Shown here: positions 21,175 to 40,639 of the stretch, piece after piece | Layout of the letters: every line of letters starts with the position of its first letter | How positions within the stretch are numbered: the stretch's first letter is position 1 | Assembly (NCBI RefSeq): GCF_009914755.1 | Contig: NC_060938.1 | From: the human T2T-CHM13v2.0 reference genome, Homo sapiens | Direction: 5' to 3' (one strand) | Length of the DNA: 64,000 nucleotides | Notes under the pieces: generated by a model | Databases searched by the model: none | What the model was told of the DNA's origin: nothing | The model's input: the letters and a program-made list of their open reading frames with translations, nothing else | Made by a program: the position numbers and the translations under genes

Positions 21175-21316
21175 AAAAAAAAAAAAAAAAAAAGAAGAAA
21201 AGAGAGAGAGGGAAGGGGAGGGGAAGGGGGAAGAGAGGAAAGGGAGACATGAAGGAAGGAAAGGGAGAAGGAAAGGAAGGAAAAAAAGGAAGGGAGGAAG
21301 GAGAAAAGAAAAAGAG
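21175..21316. repeat. Polypurine (GA-rich) low-complexity tract between two Alus
   Basis: About 140 nt, almost entirely A/G on the + strand. Confidence 0.85.
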
Positions 21317-21386
21317 GCTGGACACGGTGGCTCACGCCTGTAATCCCAGCACTTTGGGAGGCCGAGGTGGACAGATCACGAGGTCA

Positions 21387-22005
<619 letters not shown>

Positions 22006-22499
22006 TCACGGGAAATAGAGTCTTGTGGAAGATGTGCACATTTTGTTTCATAAGCTAATTTCTTGGTCACCTTCTTTCCCTCTTTGTCTTACAGAGTGAA
22101 GAATGATGAACTTGTGAAAGTTCAGGTATGGGTGGGCTGAGTGTGGAGTGGGAGGGTAGAGCCAGCCCAAGGGAAAAGGGCAGAATGCTGGGTCAGGAGT
22201 TTGATGCACTTTCCCTGTTAGGTGCACTTTCCCTGTTAGCATTGAGATAGGAGCTGCCTTATTGGTAACTAGTGGCCCTAAACCACTTGGTTATACCTAA
22301 GTTATATCAGATCTCAAGTGATTGTATGTTCCTGTGAGGCTCTTCCTAGTTATAGTTAGTATTTTATAATTTTGTGAGATTATTTTTAGTACGTAGAAAG
22401 GGGATTGCCTAGATGCTAATGGTGCTTCAGCCCATGAACTGGGAGCTCTAGCACATGAATAGTGGGTAATGATGGGAAGTAGCCACATTCCCGTTATTA

Positions 22500-22736
<237 letters not shown>

Positions 22737-24337
22737 CTAATCACCAGGATCAGACCCAACTTCCTTTTGCCCTAATCTAAGCCCCTAGGATCCATGACTG
22801 CCATACTCTGGGGCATCCCTTGAAGGTGACCATTGCTTAGAAATATCACAGTGATAAATCACTATAGTGTCTGTGGGGGAAAAAAAAAAGAAAAAGGAAA
22901 TGTCATAGCTAGTCACCTCATTAGAGGCCTGGGAGCCAAGGATGGTGATTTCCTTCCTAAGGCAGAACCTATGGCCGGGTGTGGTGGCTCACACCTGTAA
23001 TCTCAGCACTTTGGGAGGCCGAGGTGGGTGGATCACATCATCAGGAGTTCGAGACCAGCCTGGGCAACACTGTAAGACCCCCGTCTCTACAAAAAATACA
23101 AAAATTAGCTGGGTACAGCTACTCGGGAGGCTGAGGCAGGAGAATCAGTTGAGCCTGGGAGGTGGAGGTTGCAGTGAAGATAGCACCACTGCACTCCAGC
23201 CTAGGCAATGGGAGTGAAACCATTTCAAAAATAAGAAAAGAACCGGCTGGGCACCATGGCTCACGCCTGTAATCCCAGCACTTTGGGAGGCTAAGGAGGG
23301 CGGATCACAAGGTCAAGAGATTGTGACCATCCTGGCCAACATGGTGAAACCCTGTCTCTACTAGAAATACAAAAATTAGCTGGGCGTGGTGATGCGCGCC
23401 TATAATCCCAGCTATTTGGGAGGTGGAGGCAGAGGTTGCAGTGAGCCAAGATTGTGTCACTGCACTCCAGCCTGGCGACAGAGCAAGACTCCGTCTCAAT
23501 AGAAAAGAAAACAAAAGAAAAGAACCTATGTAACCACTTAGAGGCCTTATCCCTTATAAAAAGCTAGATACTAAAAAAGAGGCACCTAATTAATCTCATC
23601 AGTCATGAATACTTAGAGTAATTTTGTTAAACACTTTGAGAAGACTTTCAGCTGCAGCAGTTTAGGAACAAGATGGGGCTTGGGAAGAAGAAACAGCTTG
23701 GAACACGAAGACCTAGATCGAGTATCCTGGAAGCCCAGGCATCTAAGGGACAGCAGTAGGGACAGGGAAGGTGGCAAACATTTACTGAACACCTTAAACA
23801 GACATTGAGCAAGAAGCATTACAGATGCTTTCTCATCTACTCTACTCAAAGTGCATTTTTGTTAACATCACTTCACAAATAAGGTACTTGTGGCTCAGAG
23901 GAATTATATAATTTACTGAAGGTTACTAAAAAAATACTGAGCCAGGATTTAAACCCAAATGTGCCTGACTCCAAAGCCCTGATTTTTTCCAACATAGCAC
24001 CTTGGTGGGAGAATATCTCGAAGTGGGAGAATATCTCGAAGTGAGAGAAGGGAGAAGGGTAGATAGAGAAGAGATGGATTGTTCCCAAAGTCTTGCCAAC
24101 TTTACAGTTCCACCCTTCATTGCCTCTTTAGTAAGATAGAGGGATAGAGAAAGCGGGGAGAGAGAGCAGTTCCCTCCCTATTAGTTATCACTCCCCGACC
24201 CAACTCCTGTGCTAGTGTGGGTGCTGGGTCATGAACATGAAAACCTGGGTCATCCAGGGCCTCTTGTCCATACCCACAACTGTTTCCAGCCCCCAGCAAT
24301 CTTCCACCTTCCTGGCCCATGTCCCCGTGTGCCCCTA

Positions 24338-24610
<273 letters not shown>

Positions 24611-25425
24611 TTAAATCCACAGCTCGTTCCCTTTCCTCTTTAAGCTCAGCTCCTATACACGTGAGCATTGCAGAACACCAATGTTTAACTTTTAGCCTTG
24701 TCCCCATGGTGCCAGTTGAATGTGGAGCTGCCAGAAGGGCCTGTCTACAGCTGTCCTGCCTGGCTACTAAAGGATCCATGCCTTCTGCAGCCACCAAGCA
24801 GCAGGGCAGAGTGGCGGTGCTCCAGCATAACCCTTTTTTAACATTCGTACTCTTAGAGGCGGCATGGCCTTGGGGAAGGGATCCCACCTCCTTCGTCATC
24901 TCACTCTGTCTATTCTGTGTGTGGTTATTTAATGTCCATCCACCTGGTGGTGGACAGGCTGTAAGCTCCTTAAAGGTACATATCTGTGTCTGTTGCTTTT
25001 ACATTGTATTCCCAGCACTTTGCAGAGTGCCTGGAAAGTAGCAAGAACATAATTTATATTTGTCCAATAAATGAATAAATAAATGGATTTCCACTGATTT
25101 TTAGTTCACTCTTGGAAATCAGGGATAGTGTAATAGCTCCAGTCTTCCCTCTAGCTATAAATGAGATAGAAGCAATCTAAGAAACATGTAGTCATCTTCT
25201 TCTCTCAGGTTGTCTGGTTCTCTGTCCTGCAGCTAGTCAGTTTTTGAGTCAGTGACACACTGGTTCCTTATTCAGAGTAAGGCAGGACCAAACCTCGGTG
25301 CTATGAGGTTCCTGCCTTCCTCACTCCACCAAGGATACATTTCTGGGAGCACCTGGTTGGTAACTACACCAGCAGTCTGATGGCAAAGTCTGCTGGAGAA
25401 GGTTGAGAACCAATCCCTTTAAGAG

Positions 25426-25630
25426 CAGTGGTTCCCAGCTGGGAATGACTTTGTTCCTCTTGGAGACATCTGGCAGTGTCTGAGACATCTTTGGTTTTCA
25501 CAGCTAGGAGTTTGTGCTCTGGTGGGTATGAGCCAGGGATGCTGCTTGCATCCCATAATGAACAGGGCAGCTCCCACAACAAAAATTATCCAACCCAGAA
25601 TGTCAGCAGTGCAAATTGAGAAACCTTACT
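25426..25630 (+). mobile_element. MER20-like DNA transposon
   Basis: cagtggttcccagctggg...ggagacatctggcagtgtctgagacat...aatgtcagcagtgc..ttgagaaacc. Confidence 0.7.
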
Positions 25631-25740
25631 TTGCAGAGCTCTCAGAGAGCAGGCCGGTGGTGGAGAACATGAAGTTGATGGGAGAGTGCATTCTGAAATC
25701 GGGAGTGTGAGTCCACCTGGGAGTCCCTAAAGGGGAGTCA

Positions 25741-26700
<960 letters not shown>

Positions 26701-27802
26701 CTAGAGGAAAGGCCTGGAGATGAGACCTGGCACCTGTTAAGGGAATGGGAGGAACTGATGAGAACTCTAGAGCAGCAGAAATTGGTAGCCCATAGCAGTT
26801 CAGAAAGAGAATAACTTGAAAAACAGATGGAAAGGGGGTGGGGAAGAGCCATGTGAGTTAGAAGAACAAAAGAAGAAAATGGTGCAACATCCTAAATATT
26901 TCATGTATCAGACCCGTGTTTCTGGTTCTTATACTTGTTCCCAAAGCTCAGACCCTCATCTCCGCGTGAGGGATGACTGCTTTTCAGCAGTATCCCATGC
27001 TTCCAGTTTGTCTTTAAATGTTGCTTTCTTTCATTCAAAAGGCTTATAGTGTAAAGTTCAGACTATTCAGCATGGCATTCAGGGTTCTCCATGAGTTTGG
27101 CCTCAGTTTATGACTTTGTCCTGGCATGTAACCTCTGCTTGAGCCAGTCCAGTCTCCTGGCTGTTCTCTGAGTATCCTCTCTCCACATAATGAAGCTTCC
27201 TTCTGTGTCCTCTACATGAAATGGCCTTTCGTACTTGACACAAATTCTATCCAATTTCCAGGCCCAGCTCAATTTGTGCTGCTCCATAACTCTTTCTTGA
27301 CCTATCCAGGCCACCAGGTCATACCCAAGTTTATAAATTCCTCCTGGTCTGTACCACTTACTTTAACTGTTAATCCTATGATACCTCGCATTGTTAAATA
27401 TTTGAGACTCTAATTCCATTGCCCAGTGACCATGTCTCCCATTTCTTCTGTCTTTCAGAGTCATCCAGCACACCTATTGCTACATAGTTTTTATTGTTAA
27501 AATATTTAATAGCTGTAGGCCGGGCGCAGTGGCTCACGCCTGTAATCCCAGCACTTTGGGAGGCCGAGGTGGGTGGGTCACCTGAGGTCTGGAGTTTGAG
27601 ACCAGCCTGGCCAACATGGTGAAATCCCATCTCTACTAAAAATACAAAAAATTAGCCAGGCGCGGTGGCATGTGCCTGTAATCCCAGCTACTTGGGAGAT
27701 TGAGGCAGGAGAATTGCTTGAACCCAGGGTGGGGGAGATTGCAGTGAGCCAAGATCATGCCATTGCACACCAGCCTGGGCAACAAGAGCAAAACTCCGTC
27801 TC

Positions 27803-27807
27803 AAAAA

Positions 27808-27843
<36 letters not shown>
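27803..27843. repeat. A(n)(TA)n microsatellite in an Alu tail
   Basis: Visible directly. Confidence 0.9.
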
Positions 27844-27848
<5 letters not shown>

Positions 27849-29084
27849 CTGTAACGTATTTTATCAAATAGGTAAATGGTTTTGACTCTTCATGAATTAT
27901 TGGATGGGTTGTTTCCAGATTTTAGCTAGCATGGCAAACACTGTAGATAACAAATGCTTAGATTTAATGTTAGTTTAGTTTTGTTTTGTTTTCCTTTTGA
28001 AGCATTCCCTTGGCCTAATAATGATAGTTTTGGAATAACCTTGCTGAGGATTTTACGTAGGGAAGATATTATGATCTTCCTTTCCTATTTTAAGAAGCTG
28101 AGGTTCAGAGAGGTAGGTAAATTGCTTCAGATCACATAGCCCGTAAGCAGAGGAGTCAGGTTTCAAATCTAGCCTACTAGATCACAACTCTGGAGCACTT
28201 AACCTCCGTGCCACACTGGCCTTGGCCCAAGCACCACTCCCTACCACTCACTTTGTTGGCCTTGCCTCTCCAAGGAACAGGTAGGCCTCCTTATGTGTAA
28301 GGATGAAGGAGAGACCATTATTCCATATGTTTCTATCCTGCTAGTGTCAACTCCTGCCCGGTGTCCAAGGTGCCCATGCAGACCAGATCTGACTTGTTTC
28401 TCTTTACTCCTTAACACCCAGCACATAGCCTCTCTCCCTAGGGCATGATTTCTCTTACTGTCTTCCATGTGTAAAAGTGACCGTATTGTATTTCTTTCTG
28501 TTAAGGGCAAGTTCTTTTTTGTGTGTTTTTTTTCTTTTGTTTTGTTTTTTTGAGACAGGGTCTTGTTCTGTCGCCCAGGCTGGAGTGCAGCACTGGCACG
28601 ATCATAGCTCACTGCAGCCTCAACCTCCTGGGCCCAAGTAATCCTCCTACTTCAGCCTCCCAAGTAGCTGGGACTACAGGTGCATGCGCCACCACACCCA
28701 GCTATCTGTTTTTTATTTTTAATAGAGATGGGGTCTCACTATGTTGCCCAGGCTGGTCTCAAACTCCTGGGGTCAACAATCTGCCTGCCTTGGCTTCTCA
28801 AAGCGTTGGGATTACAGGTGTGAGCTACAGCACTCAGCAAAGGCTCAACTTTCATCTAGATGCCATTAGGCCAGAATCAATAACCTCCCTCAAATTACGT
28901 GACACATGATTAATATGCTATCACTCCAGGACTTTTTGCACATAAGGCTAAATGTAATTGCTTCATCTCTTCACAACCATGAAGGCAACGTCTTCATGAA
29001 GGCAAGTTAAGAGAAAGAGGGTGGTCACAAGATGATGTTTTCTCCTGAAACAGTGGCTACTCCCACTGGCTGAAAATAGAAAGG

Positions 29085-31201
<2,117 letters not shown>

Positions 31202-32514
31202 GGCCAGGCAGGATGGCTCATGCCTGTAATCCTAGCACTTTGGGAGGCCAAGGCAGGTGGATCACCTGAGATCAGGGGTTCGAGACCAGCCCGGCCAACA
31301 TGGCGAAACCCCATCTCTACTACAAATACAAAAAATTAGCCAGTCATGGTGGCAGGTGCCTGTAATCCCAGCTACTTGGGAGGCTGAGGCAGGAGAGTTC
31401 CTTGAACCTGACAGGCAGAGGTTGCCACCGTACTCCAGCCTGGGTAACAGGGGCAAAACTCCATCTCAAAAAAAAAAAAAAAAAAAAAAAGGAGTGATTT
31501 AGGATGTCCCCAGATAAATGCCCTTTAGCCTGTGACGTAAAGAATCTTTAGTTACAATGCAAACATCCCAGAAAGAATACCATATTACCATTATCAATTA
31601 TTAGAAATTCTTAAGGAGGCTATGCGCGGTGGCTCATGCCTGTAATCCCAACACTTTGGGAGGCTGAGGTGGGCAGATCACCTGAGGTCAGGAGTTTGAA
31701 ATCAGTCTGGCCAACATGGCGAAGCCCCATCTCTACTAAAAATACAAAAAATTAGCGGGTGTGGTGGTGGGCATCCGTAATCCCAGCTACTCAGGAGGCT
31801 GAGGCAGAATCGCTTGAAGCTGGGAGGCGGAGGTTGCAGTGAGCCAAGATCGCGCCACTGGACTCCAGCCTGGACGACAAGAGCGAAACTTCATCTCAAA
31901 AAAAAAAAAAAAAAAAAAAAACTTAAGGAATAGTTATTATCTGATATGATGGCTTATTAAGAAGGAAGGGAACACATGATAGGTCTGTTTTGAAAAGGAA
32001 TGGGGACAGAACAAAATATTACTAGGTCTGATCAAAAGAGGCTTGTTCTGGCTTGTCTTTGTCTGCCTTGGAGTCACGGGAGAGGTGTAAGGCCAAATTG
32101 TGCACTTCCCAGTCATGTTACCTTGGGCAAATAATTTAAAATCTGTAGTTTCCCAATCTGAAAATTGAGTCTGATACCTGTTCTAATTTAGTGTTGATTG
32201 ATATGAAGCTCAAAATCAGAAACATGTATGAAAGTTCTTTGCAAACTAAAATATATGTGTGAGGAATTGTTATTATTAGTTTAGAGGATGGACTGTTGTC
32301 CTTAGAAGGCAAGTCTCTGGGTCCTACAGTTAGATGCACTGAGCGCTTCGGGAAGAATTTAGGGCTATGGGGTACTCAGCAATTAAAAGAGAGGGTGCTT
32401 AGAGAAGGAAGAAAGGACTTATTAATGGAGTTTGGAGGCTCCTTATTATTGAAACTTACACATTACGTGACCAGCATTATGAGGCAGCACCCACTTCCAA
32501 CAAATAGCCCTCTA

Positions 32515-32969
<455 letters not shown>

Positions 32970-33676
32970 CTAGAAGGGGAGGAATGGGGTTGGAAGGGTT
33001 AGGCTACATGCCTCTAGTTAAAACCTGATGAACTTCCTAGATCCCCAACTAGAAAATGTAGGAGTTGGACTAAATTCCTCTCCTGCCTCTAATATTTTAT
33101 GAATACAGAACTCAACTCAAAATGGGTAGTATCTCAGAGATTCCAAATTTAGTTCTACTTTTCTGTTTGCTTATCAGTCGCTTACCCTCACCCTCTGGTC
33201 TGATACCTTTATCCTGTACAAGTGGTCAAAGTAGGTTGAGTAACGTGTGCTAAAAGGAGTAATATCTTGCATTCTCCCTTGTTATTAAAATAGAGGAAAC
33301 TGCCTTGAAAGAAAAGACTAAAAAGCAATAAGCCTTAGTATCAGTATCTTCTGAAAGCTTTAAAAAAATAATACTCTCATCTCTACCAACAGATTTGGAT
33401 TCTGAAGTTCTGAGGTGGAGTCCAAGAGTGTGCAGTCAGCTTCTGGGGTGGTGTTTGTTAGATACAGTTTTTTGTTTATTTATTTATGTTTGAGACAGGG
33501 CCTCACTCTGTCACCCAAGCTGGAGTGCGGTGGCACAGTCATGGCTCACTGCAGCCTTGCCTCCCAGGCTCAAGCAATCCTCCTGCCTCAGCGTCCCCAG
33601 TAGCTGGGACCACAGGTGTGCACCACCATGCCTGGCTAATGTTTTAAAACTTTTTTTTGTAGAGACAGGGTCTTAC

Positions 33677-33755
33677 TATGTTGTCCAGGCTGGTTTCAAA
33701 CTCCTGGAATCAAGTGATCTTCCTGCCTTGGCCTCCAGAAATGCTGGGACTATGC
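33677..33755 (-). other. HEATR4: Candidate Alu-derived 79-nt non-coding 5'UTR exon of HEATR4 (identical paralogous copy at 61404-61482)
   Basis: ctattcCAG acceptor and ATA|GTAAGA donor within an old Alu arm; size agrees with my recollection of the HEATR4 5'UTR layout. Confidence 0.55.
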
Positions 33756-34213
33756 CTGGAATAGATATGGGTAAAGAACCTTTTACATCAGACTCTTGTG
33801 TCCTACTCCCAGAATGCTGATTCAGTAGCCTGCAAGTGAGGCCTAGAAATCTGCATTTTCACAAGCTCTCAGGTTTAATACACAATACATTTAAAGAAAG
33901 CACAGCCCAAAGGGTGTCAGTGGGGTGTATGAAGGAAGCCTGGTTAGTGGGGAGAGTGGGATTAGGGAACAGCTGCTTAACCTGGCTTGTTTCAAGTCCC
34001 CCTTTCTCCCTTTTTGCCCTCAAAAAGTTCCCCTCATTTTTTCCCCTCTACTTTCTAATTTCTCACCATGCACTCACACAGCTATACGGCTATCTCCAGA
34101 GATTACTCTGGAAACTCTGCTATAAAGATGACCTGGTCTAATGCCTTGATTTGTTTTTTGTTTGTTTGTTTTTTTGAGACAGGGTCTCACTCTCCTGGAG
34201 TACAGTGGCGTGA

Positions 34214-34465
<252 letters not shown>

Positions 34466-34908
34466 TAAATCCCAAAACTGGGGCCCAGAGAGGAGAGAAA
34501 TCATTAAGATCACCATACTGCTTGGTATCTAAAGTAGTACTGACCCTTTTGACACCTAATCCAAAGTTTTTTCAGCTACCTCAGGTTGCCCCTCATCTTC
34601 CAGCTGACACCATCCAGCACCTTTCAGATACTGGCAAAGGAGCAGTGTTTCAAAATTACTTTCCAAATGGCCTCCTACAAGGCAGTCCTCAGAGAGAAGC
34701 AAGGTTCTGCATCTTAAACCTTCCTTGGTTTCTTAGGTTCCAAAGCTGTTTCTATCAGTCTCCAAGCAACCAACTCTTTAGAATTCCATGAGTCTACTCA
34801 GAGAACTTGTGGGTTCAGTCGGGGGTATATCTTCAACCATTTATTAAATTTCCTTCTTTGTAAACTGAGCTGTGAGAAATTGCATCTTATTTATTGATTA
34901 TTTATTGA

Positions 34909-35241
<333 letters not shown>

Positions 35242-35250
35242 TAAACCTCA

Positions 35251-35671
<421 letters not shown>

Positions 35672-36170
35672 TTACCAGGCTGATAAAACAGATGGTAAAG
35701 TAGAAGCTGTCCGTTGACTTTTCCATTCCCCTTTCAGCTCCTCCACTGCTACTTAATCTCCTTTGCCCACACAGTTCAATCCCATTTTCCCTGATCTCCA
35801 AATCCTGGCTAGATTATTAGCCATTAACACTAGCTTTTACAAGGAGACTCTTCAATCTTGTATTTCTAGTAGTATAATTTCACACGTACAGAAATTCTTT
35901 AAGTCATAGAAGTCTTACAGATACAGAAATTCTGATCTTCAGGAGTCCTGTTGTGAAACAAACTAATTTATCCTGACAGCAGGAAAGATTTCTGGGCCTA
36001 AGGCTCTGTCTCGTTGACCCAGCTCATGCTATTCAGGTGGTCCATCTCTTGGTTCCAGGCAAGACTGCTGCTGCTGACCAACCTGAATATGGACTTTAGC
36101 ACTTGGGCTCAAGCTGCACTCAGATGGTTGGACCACCATAAAAGAGCGAGAGGGTACGTTTTTGGTATGA

Positions 36171-36260
<90 letters not shown>

Positions 36261-36659
36261 TGAAACCATCCTAGCTAACACAGTAAAACCCCATCTCTAC
36301 TAAAACATACAAAAAAATTAGCCGGGTGTGGTGGTGGGCACCTGTAGTCCCAGCTACTTGGAGGCTGAGGCAGGAGAATGGCGTGAACCCAGGTGGTGGA
36401 GCTTTCAGTGAGCCAAGATTGGGCCACTGCACTCCAGCCTGGGTGACAGAGCAAGACTCCATCTCAAAAAAATAAATAAATAAATAAAAAGAAAAGAAAA
36501 GTAAAGACTAAAAAAATTAAATATTATAACCCTGCTAAGGCAGGAGGATCCTTTGAGCCCAGGAGTTTGAGGCTGCAGTGAGCTATGATGGCACTACTGC
36601 AACCCAGCCTCAGTGACAGAGGGAGACCCTGTTTCTAATAAAATAAATCAAAACCCTGT

Positions 36660-37275
<616 letters not shown>

Positions 37276-37782
37276 GGGCTTGTTCCAGCAGCTCATGCGT
37301 GTAATTCTAGCGCTTTGAGAGGCCAAGGCAGGATGATCACTTGAGGCCAGAGTTCGAGACCAGTCTGGGCAACATAGCAAGACCCTGTCTCTAAAAAAAA
37401 AAAAAAAAAAAAAGGTTAAAATGAGGCCATGCATGCCTACAATCCCAGCACTTTGGGAAGATGAGGTGGTAGGGTCACTTGTTTGGGAAGAGGAGGTGGG
37501 AGGATCCTTTGAACCCAGGAGTTCAAGGCTGCAATGAACCATCATGGTGCCATTGCACTCCAGCCTGGGTGACAGAGCAAGACCTAGTCTCTAAAAAATA
37601 AGAGTTAAGGCCAGACACGGTGGCTCATGCCTCTAGTCCCAGCACTTTGGGAGGCTGAAGCAGGCAGATTACAAGGTCAGGAGTTTGAGACCAGCCTGGC
37701 CAACATGGTGAAACCTCGTCTTTACTAAAAATACAAAAATCAGCTGGCCGTGGTGGCATGTGACTGTAATCCCAGCTACTCA

Positions 37783-38242
<460 letters not shown>

Positions 38243-38769
38243 TCAAGGCTCAAGAAACAACAGTTTGAAATAGTTAGATGTGTGTTTTTTTTAATTTTCA
38301 TGTCTTATCTTTTCTGCTTTTTTTTTTTTTTTTAAGGGATGAGGTCTTGCTCTGTTGCCCAAGCTGGTATCGAATTCCTCCTGGGCTCAAGCAATCTCCT
38401 GCCTAGGCCTCCCCCCTAACAGCTGGAACTACAGGCATCTACCACTGCATTCAGCTACTGGGGGAGTGTTTGACTAGTCTTTTTAAAAAATATGTTAATA
38501 TCTTGGTAAAAAGTATATTTATACTGTTCTCTAACCTGCTTTTTTTCATCAGTTTCATGGAAGAATGCTCATCATATATTCTTCTGCTTTATAACTAAAC
38601 TGCTTTCATTTATGACATCACAATTAAACTGGTAAAACCAAATTTATATTGCTAACTTGTTTCTAATTTTTTCTCTATTAAAATGATATGATTAGCATCC
38701 TTGTAGCCAAATATTTACACATATTTATGAAGTTATACTTAAAACAAATTCCTAGACGTGGAACTGTGA

Positions 38770-39225
<456 letters not shown>

Positions 39226-40020
39226 TGATCCACCCGCCTCGGCCTCCCAAAGTGCTGGGATTACAGGCGCGAGCCACCGCGCCTGGCCCCTTTTTCTTGT
39301 TAGAGACAGGGTCTTATCCAGGTTGGTCTGAAACTCCTGGCCTTAAGAAACCCTGCCACCTCAGCCTCCAAGTAAACTGGGATTATAGGCGTGAGCCACC
39401 TCACCCAACTTCCACTTCCCAGCTGTATGATCTTCAGAAAATCAGTTAAATTCTCTGGGCCTTAATTTACTACTACGGTTCTTGTAAGTATTAACAATTA
39501 GCTACTATTATTTACCTTCTTTAGTTCCTGAGACTTCTATGCACAGAATATACTTGATGTGTGCCACAGAACCTATACAAAGGTAATTACAACTAACAGG
39601 GAGTTGTATGATAATGACATGGGACATGGGACATGAGAGCATTTGGAAAGAGATAAAAAGGCTTACCTTGAGGACAGCCTTATTAGGAGCAGAGGCAAAC
39701 ACAGGTTTTGTGAGTTTGAAGCTTACGCATTTATAGGTTTCTCTAATTACCAAGATAGGAAATTATGAAATCAGGTACAAGGGCTTGGGAGGGGCCTAAA
39801 GCTTAAGTTTGATGAAAAAAAAAAACCACCTCTGGTTGGAACCAATAGCCTATGAAAAAGTAGAAAAAAGCCCAATGCATGGGGAGCGCCGGTAGTCCCT
39901 TGAGGTGTTTGAGAGGCTGAGGCAGGAAGATGGCTTTAGCCCAGGAGTTTGAGGCTTGTAAGTGCGCAGTGATGGTAAACCGCCGCTGTACTCCAGACTG
40001 GCAACGTAGTGAGACCCTGT

Positions 40021-40051
<31 letters not shown>

Positions 40052-40639
40052 GATGAGAGGTAACACTTGCCTGACTGGGACAAAAATGAGAAACCAGTAT
40101 AAGAAAATAATAACTATTGGCCGGGCGCGGTGGCTCATCGCCTGTAAATCCCAGCACTTTGGGAGGCCGAGGCGGGCGGATCACAAAGTCAGGAGTTCGA
40201 GAAATTAATAACTATTACCTCATTTGGCTATTTTTACACCTGTAAGGAATAAAGCTCAGAGGTCACACAGCTAGTAAGAAGCCAGCACCCTTCGATGTGG
40301 GAGTGATGTGGAGGATAGGCATATACAGAGAACACGAAAGCAAAACACCATGGTGCAGATTTTGAAAGAAAAGCCCTAAGATTAGTAATGAGTGTGAATT
40401 ATTCAACAAAGTGATCAAAACCAACTCCAGTCCTGCATTCCTCTTCGCCATCAGGAGTTTGGAGCCTGGAGACTGCTAGCTGCCTGGTTGTTGTTGTTTT
40501 TTTTTTTTTCTGAGACGGACTTTCGCTCTGTCGCCCAGGCTGTAGTGCAGTGGCATGATCTTGGCCAACTGCAAGCTCCACCCCCCGGGATCACGCCATT
40601 CTCCTGCCTCAGCCTCCCGAGTAGCCGGGACGAACCAGT

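Noticed and set aside
33751-33829. Alternative 79-nt HEATR4 UTR exon using the acceptor at 33829
   Set aside because: The donor ATA|GTCCCA is very weak; the adjacent 33677-33755 candidate has a far better donor.
39870-40050. 7SL-like sequence as a possible SRP RNA gene
   Set aside because: Lacks the S domain and has a poly(A) tail; it is a degenerate Alu monomer (FAM/FRAM-like).
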